Below are positions 22,250-35,000 of a stretch of DNA of 43,863 bases, in pieces. The DNA is taken from positions 1 through 43,863 of the forward strand of contig JAQGDQ010001377.1 in the NCBI GenBank assembly GCA_030141605.1. Reading direction: 5' to 3'. Position numbers and translations under genes: made by a program. Positions within the stretch are counted from its first letter, which is position 1, and each line of letters starts with the position of its first letter. The stretch comes from Tubiluchus corallicola (taxonomy: Eukaryota > Animalia > Priapulida). A model generated the notes under the pieces. The model had not been told where the DNA came from. It did not search any database and saw only the letters and a list, made by a program, of their open reading frames with translations.

Positions 22250-25006
22250 CTGTTTAGCTCGCCATCTGGAGGAGAGGTTTAGAGTTTCTATGCTGGAAAA
22301 TGGTCGACATCGCCAAACTCAAAAGGTTTTTTCAGTCTGTTTAAATTTGAGTGATGCAGATTTTACTGTGTAACTATGCAACAGGTTTCAACTTTAAGAA
22401 CTCAATCTAGAAACTTTGTCTCTACTGAACCTCAAGCAAATTGCACTAATAAGTATCATAGAAGCAGCGACAAATTAACCATTGGGCTAATTAGGCAATA
22501 GACTTAAGCCTTAATTTATAATAGGGCCCCAAAATCCAAAGACTGATGACCAATCAAACAGAGATTATGCAATTTAGTAAATGGGACAACAAAATTATCT
22601 AAACTGAACATGCTAAAGATGAGTATGTTTCAACTTGTTTATTGAATGACTAGTGAAACCATTATTAAACTATAAATCAAACCAAAAAGAAGAATAAAAA
22701 ATACATTAATAATAGAAAGGCACAAACTGAAACTGTAGTTTAACAAAAGACTAGAACTTAACTTATCAAAATGAAACCTGAGGAAGATAAGGAAAAGACA
22801 AATCTGTGTTGGAATTATAAGTATGATGGTGAATGCAAATATGGTAGTAGGTGCAGATACAGACATTTTTTAACAATGATAAAAAGAGGTACCTAAGAAT
22901 ACAAGAACGAGAAGGACAGCAGACAACCGAGAAGCTAATAAAAATGAACAAAAGACACAAAATGAAAGTCTGGTTGAGCAGATTAGTTTTTTAATGAGGG
23001 AAATAAATGCAATAAAAGAAAAACTGTGGAATTAGGAAAAAAAAGTATCAGAAAAAGAAATTTAAAAATTTTAATGAAGTGTATACAAATTGCCAAGGAC
23101 TAAATAATAAGCTAGAGTCATCGTATGGAGTGATAAGGGAAAAAAAGCCTAGTGTAACAGGAATTGTTGAAACCCATTTGGGGGAAGAAGAATTAGTGAA
23201 AATTGAGGGTTATAAAGTGTTCCAATTGAATAGAAATAAGTATGGAGGGGGATATTATTGGCAATTAATAATGACGTAAAAAATGTAACAATAAAGGCTG
23301 ACCAGTATAATGAAGTAGAAGAACAATTATTGGTTGTAATGGATAATTCAAAAGTAAAATTAAGAGTAGGATTATTGTATGCACCTCAGAAAAGTAGGAC
23401 AGATAAAGAAGAAATGAAGAAAATGTATGAACAAATACAAAAGCAAGTACAAAAAGCAAAAAATGAAAACCAGAAGTGCTTGCTTATAGGTGACTTCAAT
23501 GCAAAAGTAGAAAATATTATCAAAGGTAATAATGATGAAATAACTTGGGCAGGAAAAATGTTACTAAATCTGGTTAAAAAAGAGAATCTAGTAATATTAA
23601 ATGCTACTGAAAAATGCTCAGGAATTTGGAAAAGAGAAAAAGATGGGAAAAATCTGTTAAGTCTATTAGAGTATAACAGGTTTCATAAAAATGAAGTGTA
23701 CATAATTTTTTGTGACATAGAAAAGTGTTCTGATACGTTTTGGTTGAAGGATGCATTGACAGAACTATGGAGGATGGGCATATCACCAGGAGAAATTTTT
23801 ATGATACATAAACTAAATAAAATTGCAGAAATAGTTATAGAAACACCATTAGGTAAAACAGACCAGACAGAAATAAATGAAATAGTCCGACAGGGAACAG
23901 TGCTGGGACCATTACTATGTTGTGCTGCAATAAACCGGATTAACGAGATGGTGATAACAGGGACTGTAATGGGCAGGAATATACATGTGGGTATGTTATT
24001 ATTCATTGATGATATTGTGGGAATAGGACAAGAAACTATAATCAAGCAGATGATTAAAAACTATCAAGAAATTGAAAGAACTAAAAGATTATCATTCAAT
24101 ATACAGAAAACACAATATATGAGAACAAACATGACACGAAAGAAAAGGATTCCAGAATTACGTGAGTCACTAAGGAACAGAGAGGTTAAGGAAGCAGAGG
24201 AATACCAATATTTGGAAAATTGGATTAATACAAAATGTAGTTATGAAACAATGTTGGGAAAACGAACCGGGAAAAATAAAATGATAATTAGTTATATCAA
24301 TACAATAGGAGGTGAGCTGAAAGTGGGAGATTGCTCAATAAGGGTGAAACTAATGCAGTACGAGCTTCTCTCAGTGAGTGCAGTGCAAAATAGTAATCGG
24401 AATTTACTGATTAGTAAACCAAGGAGATTAGCATCAGAGGTACTCGAAATGCAAATAAACTGTGCACATGAAACGTCATGGTACAATGAAGTAGCTGAGG
24501 CTGCAAAAAATATACCATAAATTCTAATAAAGAAAGGATAAAGGCCATGAAAAAGTCTGAATGGAAGAAAGAAATAAAGAATAAGATTGAATGTTTTATA
24601 AAGAGCGAATGTGCAGAAAAATGCAGGAGCAGCACTAAATTAAGATTTTTAAGGCATACCGAGTGAAAACAACAAAATTACATAGACACATGCAAGCCAG
24701 AAGAGGTTAAAGATATATTGAAAATAAGACTGAACATGATTAAAGTTAAAGGAAACTACAAGAATGAGTTTACGGATCAGTTATTATGCCCAGTGCATGG
24801 GGAAGATGATGATACTACTGAACATATGCTTAAATGTGACAGAATTGGAGAATGGAAAAAAATTTGAACTCAAAAATATTAATGAACTGTAAAAGGAATG
24901 CTAGAAATCAGAAATCTAGTGAACGAATGCATGGAATACAGGATAAAGGCAAATAAGGACATTAAACTGGGAAAAGACAACTAAAAGATTAGCGTTATAA
25001 AAAAAA
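22250..25006 (+). mobile_element. Degenerate, internally deleted non-LTR retrotransposon (LINE A; APE endonuclease + RT; clade not established)
   Basis: ORF1 remnant with CCCH finger (22807-22866); endonuclease YTNCQGL, IVETHL, GGG, LIGDFNA; RT CDIEKCSD, RQGTVLGPLLC, LLFIDD; C-terminal LNM...CPVH...DTTEHMLKC; frameshift near 23255, deletion near 23650, stops. Ends approximate. Confidence 0.85.
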
Positions 25007-26948
25007 TTGACTGCGCCCTATAAAAGTGTCCGCCTCTGACAGCTGGAGAGAATCGAGTATCGCAAAATGAACAAGGTTGTACTGGAACAAAATGCAGAAA
25101 AATGTACAAGATTTTACCTAACACTTGAGAACCAAAAAAGAACACAGGTGAAAAATTTCAAACACAGAAACAGATAGAGTGCTCTCACCATAGCGCTCAT
25201 ACATTTCGCAACAATTACAAAAAGGGGAAGTACAATATGGGAAATCAGCAACATGATAGTGGGACACAAAGATTAAACCCACCAGGGCCACTACAAACTT
25301 CGAGGGACATAGTCAAACAAATTTCAAACTCGGAAACAGATAGAGTGCTCTCACCACTTTGTTCATTACATCATTCCATTCTGAAGCACTAGATTTTTTT
25401 CTTTATCATACGATTCACTTCAAATTTTCAGATTATTTTCATTACTTTTTTTTCTTTCACAGTTTGTGAAAAATGTAACAAGCCCGGCTTTTTGATTGCC
25501 TGCAACACATTTACATTTGTATATAGGTGAACAGTGTGTGAGGCTTTTCTTGTGCAGAAACAATTAAAACTTATTTGTATTGTGTTCATTGTAGGCCCTT
25601 TCACCATATATTGTACAAGAAACTATTGTAAATATGTATTGCGAAATAAATAACTTCTGAGAGTGCGACAAGGTACCACCAATGACAGCTCTGTATTAAG
25701 AATTAAGCTGTGCTTCAAAAAGAAGTATAAGTACCTTGGGATCTTGAACATTACTTACACTATAATTATAATGCTCTAGTTGAAATGCTAAATGCAAGGT
25801 TACAGCCGATCCAATCACCTCTGTATGCAATATGGTGAGAGCCAAGCTGGCTTTTGCGATGCTCTCCAATTTTAGTACAAAGACGATGACCGGCACACAC
25901 CACTTGAAGAACTTGCCAAGTCATTCACACTTGCTAGTTCACTTTCAGAGGGGAATCTCTACGTCTGAACACCATCGTCATCTTAGGTGTTTCCGTTACC
26001 CAGTGTTGGGCTTGGAGTAGGGCACTAGCCGAAAAAAGGCAATTGGTGCAAATAGGCTAGCCCGAGTAAGATGCATGGTATATGGGTTAGTCCAAGTATA
26101 TTGGCTAATTCGGTTTGCAATGAATAGTAAAATAATGGTATTTCTTAAAGGAAAACCGGATGATCCTGTAAACATTAGTTAAGAATAAAGAATGCTTTCA
26201 AATATCGAAAATTACAATAGTTTTATTAAATGAGAGCTAAGATTAAATAATAATTACCTTGGATACTCAAATTTTGTTAAACATTCAAAGCTACACACGG
26301 CTCAGTGAATCTACTAAGATTGGCAGTGGCGCTTTTTGTCACGTGCGCGTGGCCGACAAATAGAAGGCAGTACCGTGATAACCATGATCATGAATTGCAC
26401 TGTTAGTTTCAAGACGTCATATAATGTAAAGCACATTTTTTGTGACATAAATTTAAATAATACTGTAACACTTATGCAAACGTGCTTGACATGCAAGGGA
26501 AGTCGCCTGTCATTGCACAAGCTGTGGTTAGTTTCTGACGTAACCAATATCTGTGTTTGGTTGCCATTAATTGATTTTCTAAGCTAAGTATTCAAATATA
26601 AGGAACAATTGTTAACTTTATAGGCAACAAAATGTATATTTTGGACAAATTAAAATTAGATGGAATTTAAACAGTCGTCTGGTTTTCCTTTAAAGAATAT
26701 CTTTATTGACAAACAGAAGATATCTATTCTGGTTTATTTAAACAAATTCAAGTTTTGTCAATGTTGCTAAAATATAACACGAGTAAAAAATATTCAAGAC
26801 AAGCATGTTAGTGGGCAGCTCCATCTGAGAGGGTCCATAATTTCATTAGTCCCTAAAAGATCATAATTCAGACCTGATTACCGAGTGCATCTTAAATGTC
26901 CGGATCAAGTCGGTACACATGTTGTTTGCAACAGTCGAAAGCAAAGCC

Positions 26949-27386
26949 GTGGAAATACGTGTTGACAGTCGTGTACAAATATGTGTTGACATTCGTGTAG
27001 AAATACGTGTTCACAGTCCTGTACAGATACGTATTGACAGTCGTGTACAAATACATGTTCACAGTCGTGTACAAATACGTGTTGACAGTCGTGTACAAAT
27101 ACGTTTTGACAGTCGTGTACAAATACATGTTGACAGTCCAGTACAGATACGTGTTGACAGTCGTGTACAGATACGTGTTGACAGACGTGCACAGATATGT
27201 GTTGACAGTCGTATACAAATATGTGTTGACAGTCCAGTACAGATACGTGTTGACAGTCGTGTACAAATACGTGTTGACAGTCGTGTACAAATACGTGTTG
27301 ACAGTCATGTACAGATACATGTTGACAGTCGTGTACAGATACATGTTGACAGTCGTGTACAGATACGTGTTGACAGTCGTGCACAG
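26949..27386. repeat. 24-bp minisatellite array 1 (gtgttgacagtcgtgtacaratac), about 18 units
   Basis: Exact 24-nt periodicity 26959, 26983 ... 27367; substitutions only. Confidence 0.95.
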
Positions 27387-29261
27387 GTTTGTCAAATTGA
27401 TACTTGTGAATGATTATTAACAATAAAAAGTCAAAGGAAAATGTATATACCGTGTGATGCCTTTGGAAAACATTGATGGCTCATTGCTTAACAAAAGCGT
27501 CTGTAGCTTTTACTTGATAAATGAATCTGGTTTGGCATGTTCTTCAAGTTTTAGTTCATGGTTTTTAACACGTTCATTTTTGCATATTGTAGTAGTAGTT
27601 AAAACAAGAAGTCTGTAATACGCATTTAATCTATATAGCTTGAGATGTACCATCTCTGTTGCCAATGTCGTAACATGTTTTTTATATACTAATGCCTCTG
27701 CTTTCTCAAGTTGTCAAATCCAAGCTGTTTGCAACGTTTGCAAATGGCTACTGTAGATGGCAGCAGCATTGTAGTAACTGTGGCTCTATACATGCTGTTT
27801 TATTATAATCTCTTCCATTTGTAAACATGATTTAAACTCTCCGTTAAAGCAAGTGAACCACAGACGTTACAACTGCATCGGGTTCTTGTAAAATCAAAAG
27901 TTTAAATCTGGAGTTCATATTTTTATGTAATTAATTAAAACTTGGTCATAGTAAAAATAAATTATTATTGTGCATATAAAAAAAATCTGTCCTTTTTTGT
28001 TTGAAAATCGAAATTGAAACCCAAAGACTTAATTACTTTTTTTGTTTACAATTTTGTCGTGAAGGACTTATGATTTTAATTTTATTCCTAGTGGCGGCTC
28101 GTGTATAGGTAATGTGGAACTGCAGCACCCCCTGGTTTCACTTAATGTTATCGACAATATTCAATATAATAAGTCTTTTTTCTTTATACTTGTACGGATT
28201 CAGAGCACATGAGGGTAGTACTGTTTGCTTCACAGTCCAGCAATGTGGTGATTGGCTGTCATGCGCATGCGGTCATGCACACATGTCTGAATCCAGGTAG
28301 AGAAAGTACTGTCCATCACGCAGTTTGTTGTCAGTTTTCACATGCTTAAAAGTCGTGTACCGACATACTCTTGAACTGCAACAATTCAGGATATTCGTAA
28401 GCAAAATTTTTTTTGTTTAGGATTTTATCAAGTTTATGTATAAACTTCATGTTTGTTTGTTTAAAATATAAATTACAACATCAAATTTACATACGTTTGT
28501 TTTGTTTTACACAGTATTAGAACAACAACTAAAAATTTTCTGAAGCAGCCCCCCCCCACTAAGTTTAGCGAGTCGCCATTGTTCCCATAGTTGATTCCGA
28601 CCATCCGTTACGTTAATGTATTATACACAGCACTGACATATAACACTTTTATGATGTCACATTTCATGTCAAAAATTGGTTACTTATTGAACGAGTTAAA
28701 AAACCATTTCATGTTGCACAAAATTTGCACATATTAGTATAAAAATACGTCAAACTATAATAAAAGTTTACAAAAAAGAGAAAGCATGAAGTTAAAACTT
28801 TTATTTTCCTTCCCTTTTTAGTTGTCATTATTCTATCCAAATCTAATTTTTTTGATCTTATTGTCTGTGATTATAGAGTATACATTATATTACGCATTAG
28901 ATGTCAACACACACACGCGCGCACACTCGCGCGCGCACACATTAAATTGCATAAACATACACTACACTATTTCACATATATTAAACTAAATAATACATAT
29001 TAAATTATCTTTTACTTTTAAAATTCTTTTATATCGAAACTCACAAATTACATCATATAATAACACTGCATCTAATATTACATATTATACTAAAAACTTA
29101 TTACAGTACTTTTTAAAATTGTTCACTAATACAGTGTATAGACAATTTTCGGTAGGACAGTATTTATAATAGAAGCTTTAATTTAGTTTACAATATACAG
29201 GTCAACAAAATAACAGACAGTTTTCCATCAATTTTGCACGAAAGTGTGTCATTTGGATACA

Positions 29262-29673
29262 TACACTCAACCTTGAATATAAGGGACACCTCCGGAAAAA
29301 ATTGTCCCTTATATCAGATGTCCCTTATAGCCGAAGTTGAGTCAGACCTAGGATGTATCTAGACCTGTAATTTTACCCACATTTTTATGGATTATTGCTA
29401 GACATTCGGTGCAAATGGTATGTAGGAAACTCCTTCAATGATGCGAGATGTATGTGACCACGGAAACCAAGCTGTTCAAAGGTGGACTTTGCGAAAAACT
29501 GAGGTTAAAAATCCATAGGGTCCCTTATATGCGAAGTAATTTACCTGGGTTTGTTTACACAGGACCTGAGAATATCGTTCCTTATAACTGAAAGTCCCTT
29601 ATAAGCGAGTACCTTATATGCGAAGATTTTTACATAAGAAAAACGTTACAAAAAATCAGGACCGGTGTTTGTG
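29262..29673. mobile_element. MITE-like relic, copy B
   Basis: Paralogous to 19823-20190. Confidence 0.5.
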
Positions 29674-29946
29674 CCGGTAAAATGTACCTAAGCTGCAATG
29701 GTGGTTGGTTGTTCATTTGTTCGTTAGTCAGTGGGTAAGTCGGCAAGCCAGCCAGTTGGTTAATCAAGCAATCTACCGTAATACACTCCATTAGCCAGTC
29801 AGTTCGCTAATTGGTAATCATTTATTTTTTCTTTGTATCGTCTTTTGTTTATTTGCTCATAGATTTAAGTAATCCATGACTAACTGACTGACCAACAGCT
29901 TTTTTGCAACAGACGACTATCATGATTACATGATGGCATCTGTAAC

Positions 29947-30026
29947 ATGTTGACTCATTGTAATACCTATGTTGACTCTTTGTAATGTCTATGTTGACTC
30001 TTTGTAATGTCTATGTTGACTCATGT
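29947..30026. repeat. 22-bp VNTR, about 3.6 units
   Basis: Direct tandem repeat abutting ZNF stop. Confidence 0.88.
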
Positions 30027-31037
30027 CTATGTGGCATGAGTGTTCATGTGCTTGAGAAGACTATATCGCACAGAAAATGATTTGTCACATAAGTCACATT
30101 TGTGAGGTTTCAATCCAGTGTGAGTGTTCATGTGCCCGAGAAGATTACCTCGCTGAGAAAATGATTTGTCACATAAGTCACACTTGTGGGGTTTCTTTCC
30201 AGTATGAGTGTTCATGTGCTTGAGAAGACTACCTCGCGCAGAAAATGATTTGTCACATAAGTCACATTTGTGGGATTTCATTCCAGTATGAGTGTTCATG
30301 TGACTGAGAAGATGACTTTGCCAAGAAAATGATTTGCCACATAAGTCACATTTGTGGGGTTTCAATCCAGTGTGAGTGTTCATGTGTGTGAGAAGATCAC
30401 CTCGCTGAGAGAATGATTTGTCACATATATCACATTTGTGGGGTTTCATTCCAGTATGAGTGTTCATGTGTGTGAGAAGATGACCTCGCTGAGAAAATGA
30501 TTTGTCACACAAGTCACATTTGTGGGGTTTCAATCCAGTGTGAGTGTTCATGTGCCTGAGAAGATGACCTTGTAGAGAAAATGATTTGTCACATAAGTCA
30601 CATTTGTGGGGTTTCATCCCAGTATGAGTGTTCATGTGCTTGAGAAGATTACCTCGCTGAGAAAATGATTTGTCACATACATCACATCTGTGGGGTTTCA
30701 TTCCAGTATGAGTGTTCATGTGCCTGAGAAGACTACGTCGCTGAGTAAATGATTTGTCACATAAGTCACATTTGTGGGGTTTCATTCCAGTATGAGTGTT
30801 CATGTGCCTGAGAAGACTACCTCGCTCAGAAAATGATTTGTCACATACGTCACATTTGTGGGGTTTCATTCCAGTGTGAGTGTTCATGTGCTTGAGAAGA
30901 TTACCTCGCTGAGAAAATGATTTGTCACATAAGTCACATTTGTGGGGTTTCAATCCAGTGTGAGTGTTCATGTGCTTGAGAAGATCACCTCGCTGAGAAA
31001 ATGATTTGTCACATATATCACATTTGTGGGGTTTCAT
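30027..31037 (-). CDS. Tandem C2H2 zinc-finger protein, copy B (12 fingers, intact)
   Basis: 336 aa = 12 x 28; all Cys/His ligands present. Confidence 0.9.
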   Translation of the reverse strand: MKPHKCDICDKSFSQRGDLLKHMNTHTGLKPHKCDLCDKSFSQRGNLLKHMNTHTGMKPHKCDVCDKSFSERGSLLRHMNTHTGMKPHKCDLCDKSFTQRRSLLRHMNTHTGMKPHRCDVCDKSFSQRGNLLKHMNTHTGMKPHKCDLCDKSFSLQGHLLRHMNTHTGLKPHKCDLCDKSFSQRGHLLTHMNTHTGMKPHKCDICDKSFSQRGDLLTHMNTHTGLKPHKCDLCGKSFSWQSHLLSHMNTHTGMKSHKCDLCDKSFSARGSLLKHMNTHTGKKPHKCDLCDKSFSQRGNLLGHMNTHTGLKPHKCDLCDKSFSVRYSLLKHMNTHAT

Positions 31038-31815
31038 TCTTGTGTAATGCTTTCAGGTTTCTTACAAAGCATGCTTCAATAGCAAAAATATTTCTTGCAC
31101 TGACCACAGCTGCATGCTTTAAGTACGTTTATCCACAACTGCCGACACTCGGTTTCCTAAGATTGCAGATCACATTTGCGAGACTTCAGTTCACATGCAG
31201 GAGGTGACAACTATATTGAAAAGACACCAAAAATAAAATTTACAGTTAATAATGCATCATCCATATTGAGTGTGTTATTATTACAGCAAACTCGGCATAA
31301 CTCATGATCAAACAACTCAAATTTTCACCTAACTCAAAGAATTTCAGCAGAAAGGATGAAATCCTTCATTTTTCCCGCAAAAAACATCAACTAACTCAAA
31401 ATTTTGTCTAACTCAAATAAAAAATTATGGTCCATTTAATCAAAAAACAGGTAAACTTACTTCTCCTAACTAAAAAATGCAATTTACACTAAAACAATGG
31501 AAAAGTTTTGTACAACTCAAAAACAGTATCGTCTTCCTGGAAAATTCTGATGTCTTACAAGTCGTCCCGCATCACCCCCAATTATTTTCTCCGGGATAGA
31601 CCTTTGCGTGTTGTGTATGTGTCATCTTGCAACATAAAAAAACGCGTTTCACTGCATAATTTGTTTGTTTTTATGTAATTGTCATCAAATCTCTTCCTTT
31701 ATGTTCAGAAGCGCCGACTTTCTGTCTTCTATTTAGCTCGCCATCTGGAGGAGAGGTTTAGAGTTTCTATGCTGGAAAATGGTCGACATCGCCAAACTCA
31801 AAAGGTTTTTTCAGT

Positions 31816-33905
31816 TACTCAAAGTAAGCATTAGTAAACCAAAGAGAAGTCTCTTGTAAGAAAGTGTAACCCGGAATACTACACAGGAATTGCCTGCTAT
31901 CATCAAGTCTGGTTTCAGAGACCCCTATAAGGTCAGGCCAGGATAGAAAATTACACAATATATCGTATAAATTAGTAAAATGTTTGTTTAAACTGCAAAC
32001 ATTTATGTGAATAAAAGAGAAAACATTGGCACAAATTTTGTACTTGGGGTCAGACTGAATCTGATTTAATTTTACATACCTGCTGTCATATTGAATGGTG
32101 AATTCATCTGAGTCGATATTTTCATTAGTAGTACACAATAGATCAGAGTAGAGAGAGACCGTATTAGTAAGATTCAGTAGTTCAGATAGGTCACAAAGTG
32201 CATCAAAAAACTCGTCCTCAGTTAGACTTTGATATGGTAATATGTTGTTGATACACTGCAAACAGAAAAAGCAATTGTTAGTGTTAGTTAGTAGATCAAA
32301 CTCATCATTGGATAATAAAGTGCAATTTTTATATCCAATCTTTGCAGATATCACAAAAAATTGCACTTTCATTTATTCGGCATGGCTTATTGCAAGAAAT
32401 ACAAGGGTAACGAATTATCATACTTCTGATAAAAAAAACTAAAATATGTTATCTCTGCTTGTATAAATGTTAAATGTAACATTGAGGATAGACAATTGTC
32501 TTAATTTATTCAAATCGGTTTCAGTCTTAATTTCGAGAAGCTCACATTCATCATTGACTTTTAAGTAAATACGTCCTTGGTTAGTCCAAACTGATTTGTA
32601 CTTTTTGAGTTTCATAAGAGCCAGGCACTTGGTAACAAATCTTTTCTGCACCGTGTTAGACATTCATTAATGAAGATTTTGCCATTTTTAGGAATGCCTA
32701 GCTTGTGAAGGTCTGGCGTTTTCATTTGGGAACTGTAGAACATGTCTCTTGTAGTCCTCTTCAGAAATTTTACTACAATGGCATTTGGTCCCTTCGATGA
32801 TGGAACTCGATGCGAGATACTAATATCGCTATGAGTAACATTTAGTCCCATCAAACCACCAAGTTTCACCACAATATCACCCGTTTTTCATTTTCCATTG
32901 GTGGAACACCGCTAATCAGCAAACAGTCCCTGCGAGTGCACTGCTAAAGAGTGTTTAGTTCGCATTCTGTGTGTTGAAGTTTTGTAGCAACTTCGTCTAG
33001 AGTGCGTCTTAATGTATGGTTTTCTTTTTTGGTTTCATCCAATTCCTTCTTAATGTGTTGGTGGTCATTTTTGATGTCTTCGTATTGAGCAGCAATGAAT
33101 TGTTGGCTTGTGGTTAGACTATCAAGTTCTTTTCTCATGTTATCAAATTCTAATACCACGGTATTTTTAACACCATTTATGGCTTCAAGTAGTCGAGATT
33201 TCATGGAGTCGACAGGGTTGGCTACTGCTTGGACACCTGTCCCAATTGTCACACTTAGACATGTATCACCTTTCTGGCTAGCAGATTGACAGTAACTTTC
33301 AGAAACAAACGTGGTAGATCTAGTTACAGCATTAGTGGGTGTTGAGTAAGTATTTGTCTCAGTACCTTGAGTCTCAGCATTTGAAACCCTTGATGCTTTA
33401 TCCATTTTAGAGCTTTCTTTAGATTTTATACTGCCACTCAGATTCGCAGTACACTTTTTATTGCTTAGACAATCACTTGCTGATGATATGGAACTTCTTG
33501 TTAGGTAGCTATGAGGCATTAGCTTACTGTTACATAAGTTTCTTAGCGTCAGTTTACTACAGTTCGCTAAATTCAGCTCAACTTCATAAATTGTTTGGCA
33601 TGGAAAACTTCGAGGTTTTACACCAATAGTAATGGCGGCTAGAACTATACTCCAGGTTACGGTATACAGCAGTGTCAAGGCCACAACAAGTGCTGTGCAA
33701 GAATACTACTGACGTAAAATTAAAATTAGAACGTTCTCACAGTATCTGTTCTCCAAAAACTTCATAAAGTTGACTACCGAATATTACTTATATAAAGTCT
33801 GCAGGCATTAACGCTAAGATATCACATAAAATAATTACTTTTTATTCAATTTAGCTAGTTTTGTGCAACAAGCACCGAAATTTTAAAACGTCTCCATCTT
33901 GGCGC
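31816..33905 (-). mobile_element. 3'-truncated CR1/L2(Crack)-group LINE (LINE B): 5' end, ORF1, start of ORF2; pseudogenised
   Basis: 5' caagatgg motif; coiled coil then RRDCLLISGVP...DISISHRV...IVVKF...IFINECLT...VWTNQGRIYLK (LINE ORF1 type); PHD remnant FFCLQC and endonuclease IHINVCSL, IGVSETRL; stops and frameshifts. Confidence 0.85.
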
Positions 33906-35000
33906 ATGCACATAACAATGCCCAGATAAAGACATTAAACTGGGAAAGGACAGCTAAAAGATCAGCGTTACAGAAAAATAGACTTTGCACCCTATAATAT
34001 CATCCATTCGACTACAGTTATTTATCATTAATTTTATTTATTACTGTAGTATTATTACATTATAAAAGTAAAGGTTTTTTCTTTATTTCGTAAATGCGGT
34101 TAAGATAAAAGCTTGTCACGTGCCTTTTAAGCTAAGCCCTGATAATGCATAAACTAGTACGAAATTCGTCACGTGACTACACACACACAAACATGATGGC
34201 GATACGAACTGTATAGTGTAGAACTGTGAATACAACGTAATTATTGGTAATTATACACTAAATATATGAGTAAATTACCACGAGATTAGAGGAAACATTC
34301 ACTGATGATGTCTAATAGAATGATAACCAACGAGATTAGAAACGAGTAATAAATCTAGGAGGTGCGAAAGTGTAGTAGCGCCGTGCCCGCCTCTGACATG
34401 TGGAGAGACTCGAGTATCGCAATCGCAAAATAAGCAAGGTTGTACTGGAAAACATGTAGAGAAATGTACAAGATTTCACCTAACACTTGAGAACCAAAAA
34501 AAAAGAACACAACAGGTAAACAATTTCAAACACAGAAACACATAGAGTGCTCTCGCCATTTGCAAAAAGGGAAACTACAATATGGGAAATCAAAAGCATG
34601 AGAAAGGGACACACAGAATTAACCCACCAGGACCACTACAAACATCGAGGGACATAGTCAAATAAATGTAAAACACAGAAACAGATAGAATGCTCTCACA
34701 ATAGTGCTCTCACTGCTTCGTCCATTACATCATTCCATTCTAAAGCACTAAATGTTTTCTTTATCATACGATTCACTTCAAGTTTTCAGATTATATATCT
34801 GAATCGTAGACGTGTATTACTTAACAAATGTCTCGAACTAAAAAGAAACAAAGTAATCTTGTATGTTTGGACTAAAAATAACCAGATTTTCATCAGGAAA
34901 ACTGAATCATCTGAACCCTTCCCTGTAAACAATTTTGATGATGTAGATAAATTAAAACACTAATCACTTCTTCACTCGTTTCAATCAATATCGTATTGTA

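Larger units (their letters stand above)
18872..27451. repeat. Segmental duplication unit A (about 8.6 kb)
   Basis: Anchor cattgatggctcattgcttaacaaaagc at 18891, 27471 and 41329; long collinear near-identical blocks, e.g. 18950-22336 vs 28392-31815. Confidence 0.9.

Noticed and set aside
25152-25357. About 40-bp direct repeat (aatttcaaac..gaaacagatagagtgctctcacca), also in unit B
   Set aside because: Small local duplication predating the unit duplication; no functional signal
26949-27386. CRISPR-like appearance of the 24-bp arrays
   Set aside because: Contiguous units with no unique spacers, no cas genes, eukaryotic context
26892-27423. Overlapping ORFs of 8-aa repeats (HDCQHVSV, TTVNTYLY, VDSRVQIR, VLTVVYRY), also at 40795-41320
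   Set aside because: By-product of a 24-bp repeat open in several frames; the paralogous array has 22-bp units that shift the frames
33998-34382. About 385-bp segment present in unit B but not A
   Set aside because: No convincing TIR, TSD or ORF; cannot tell insertion from deletion
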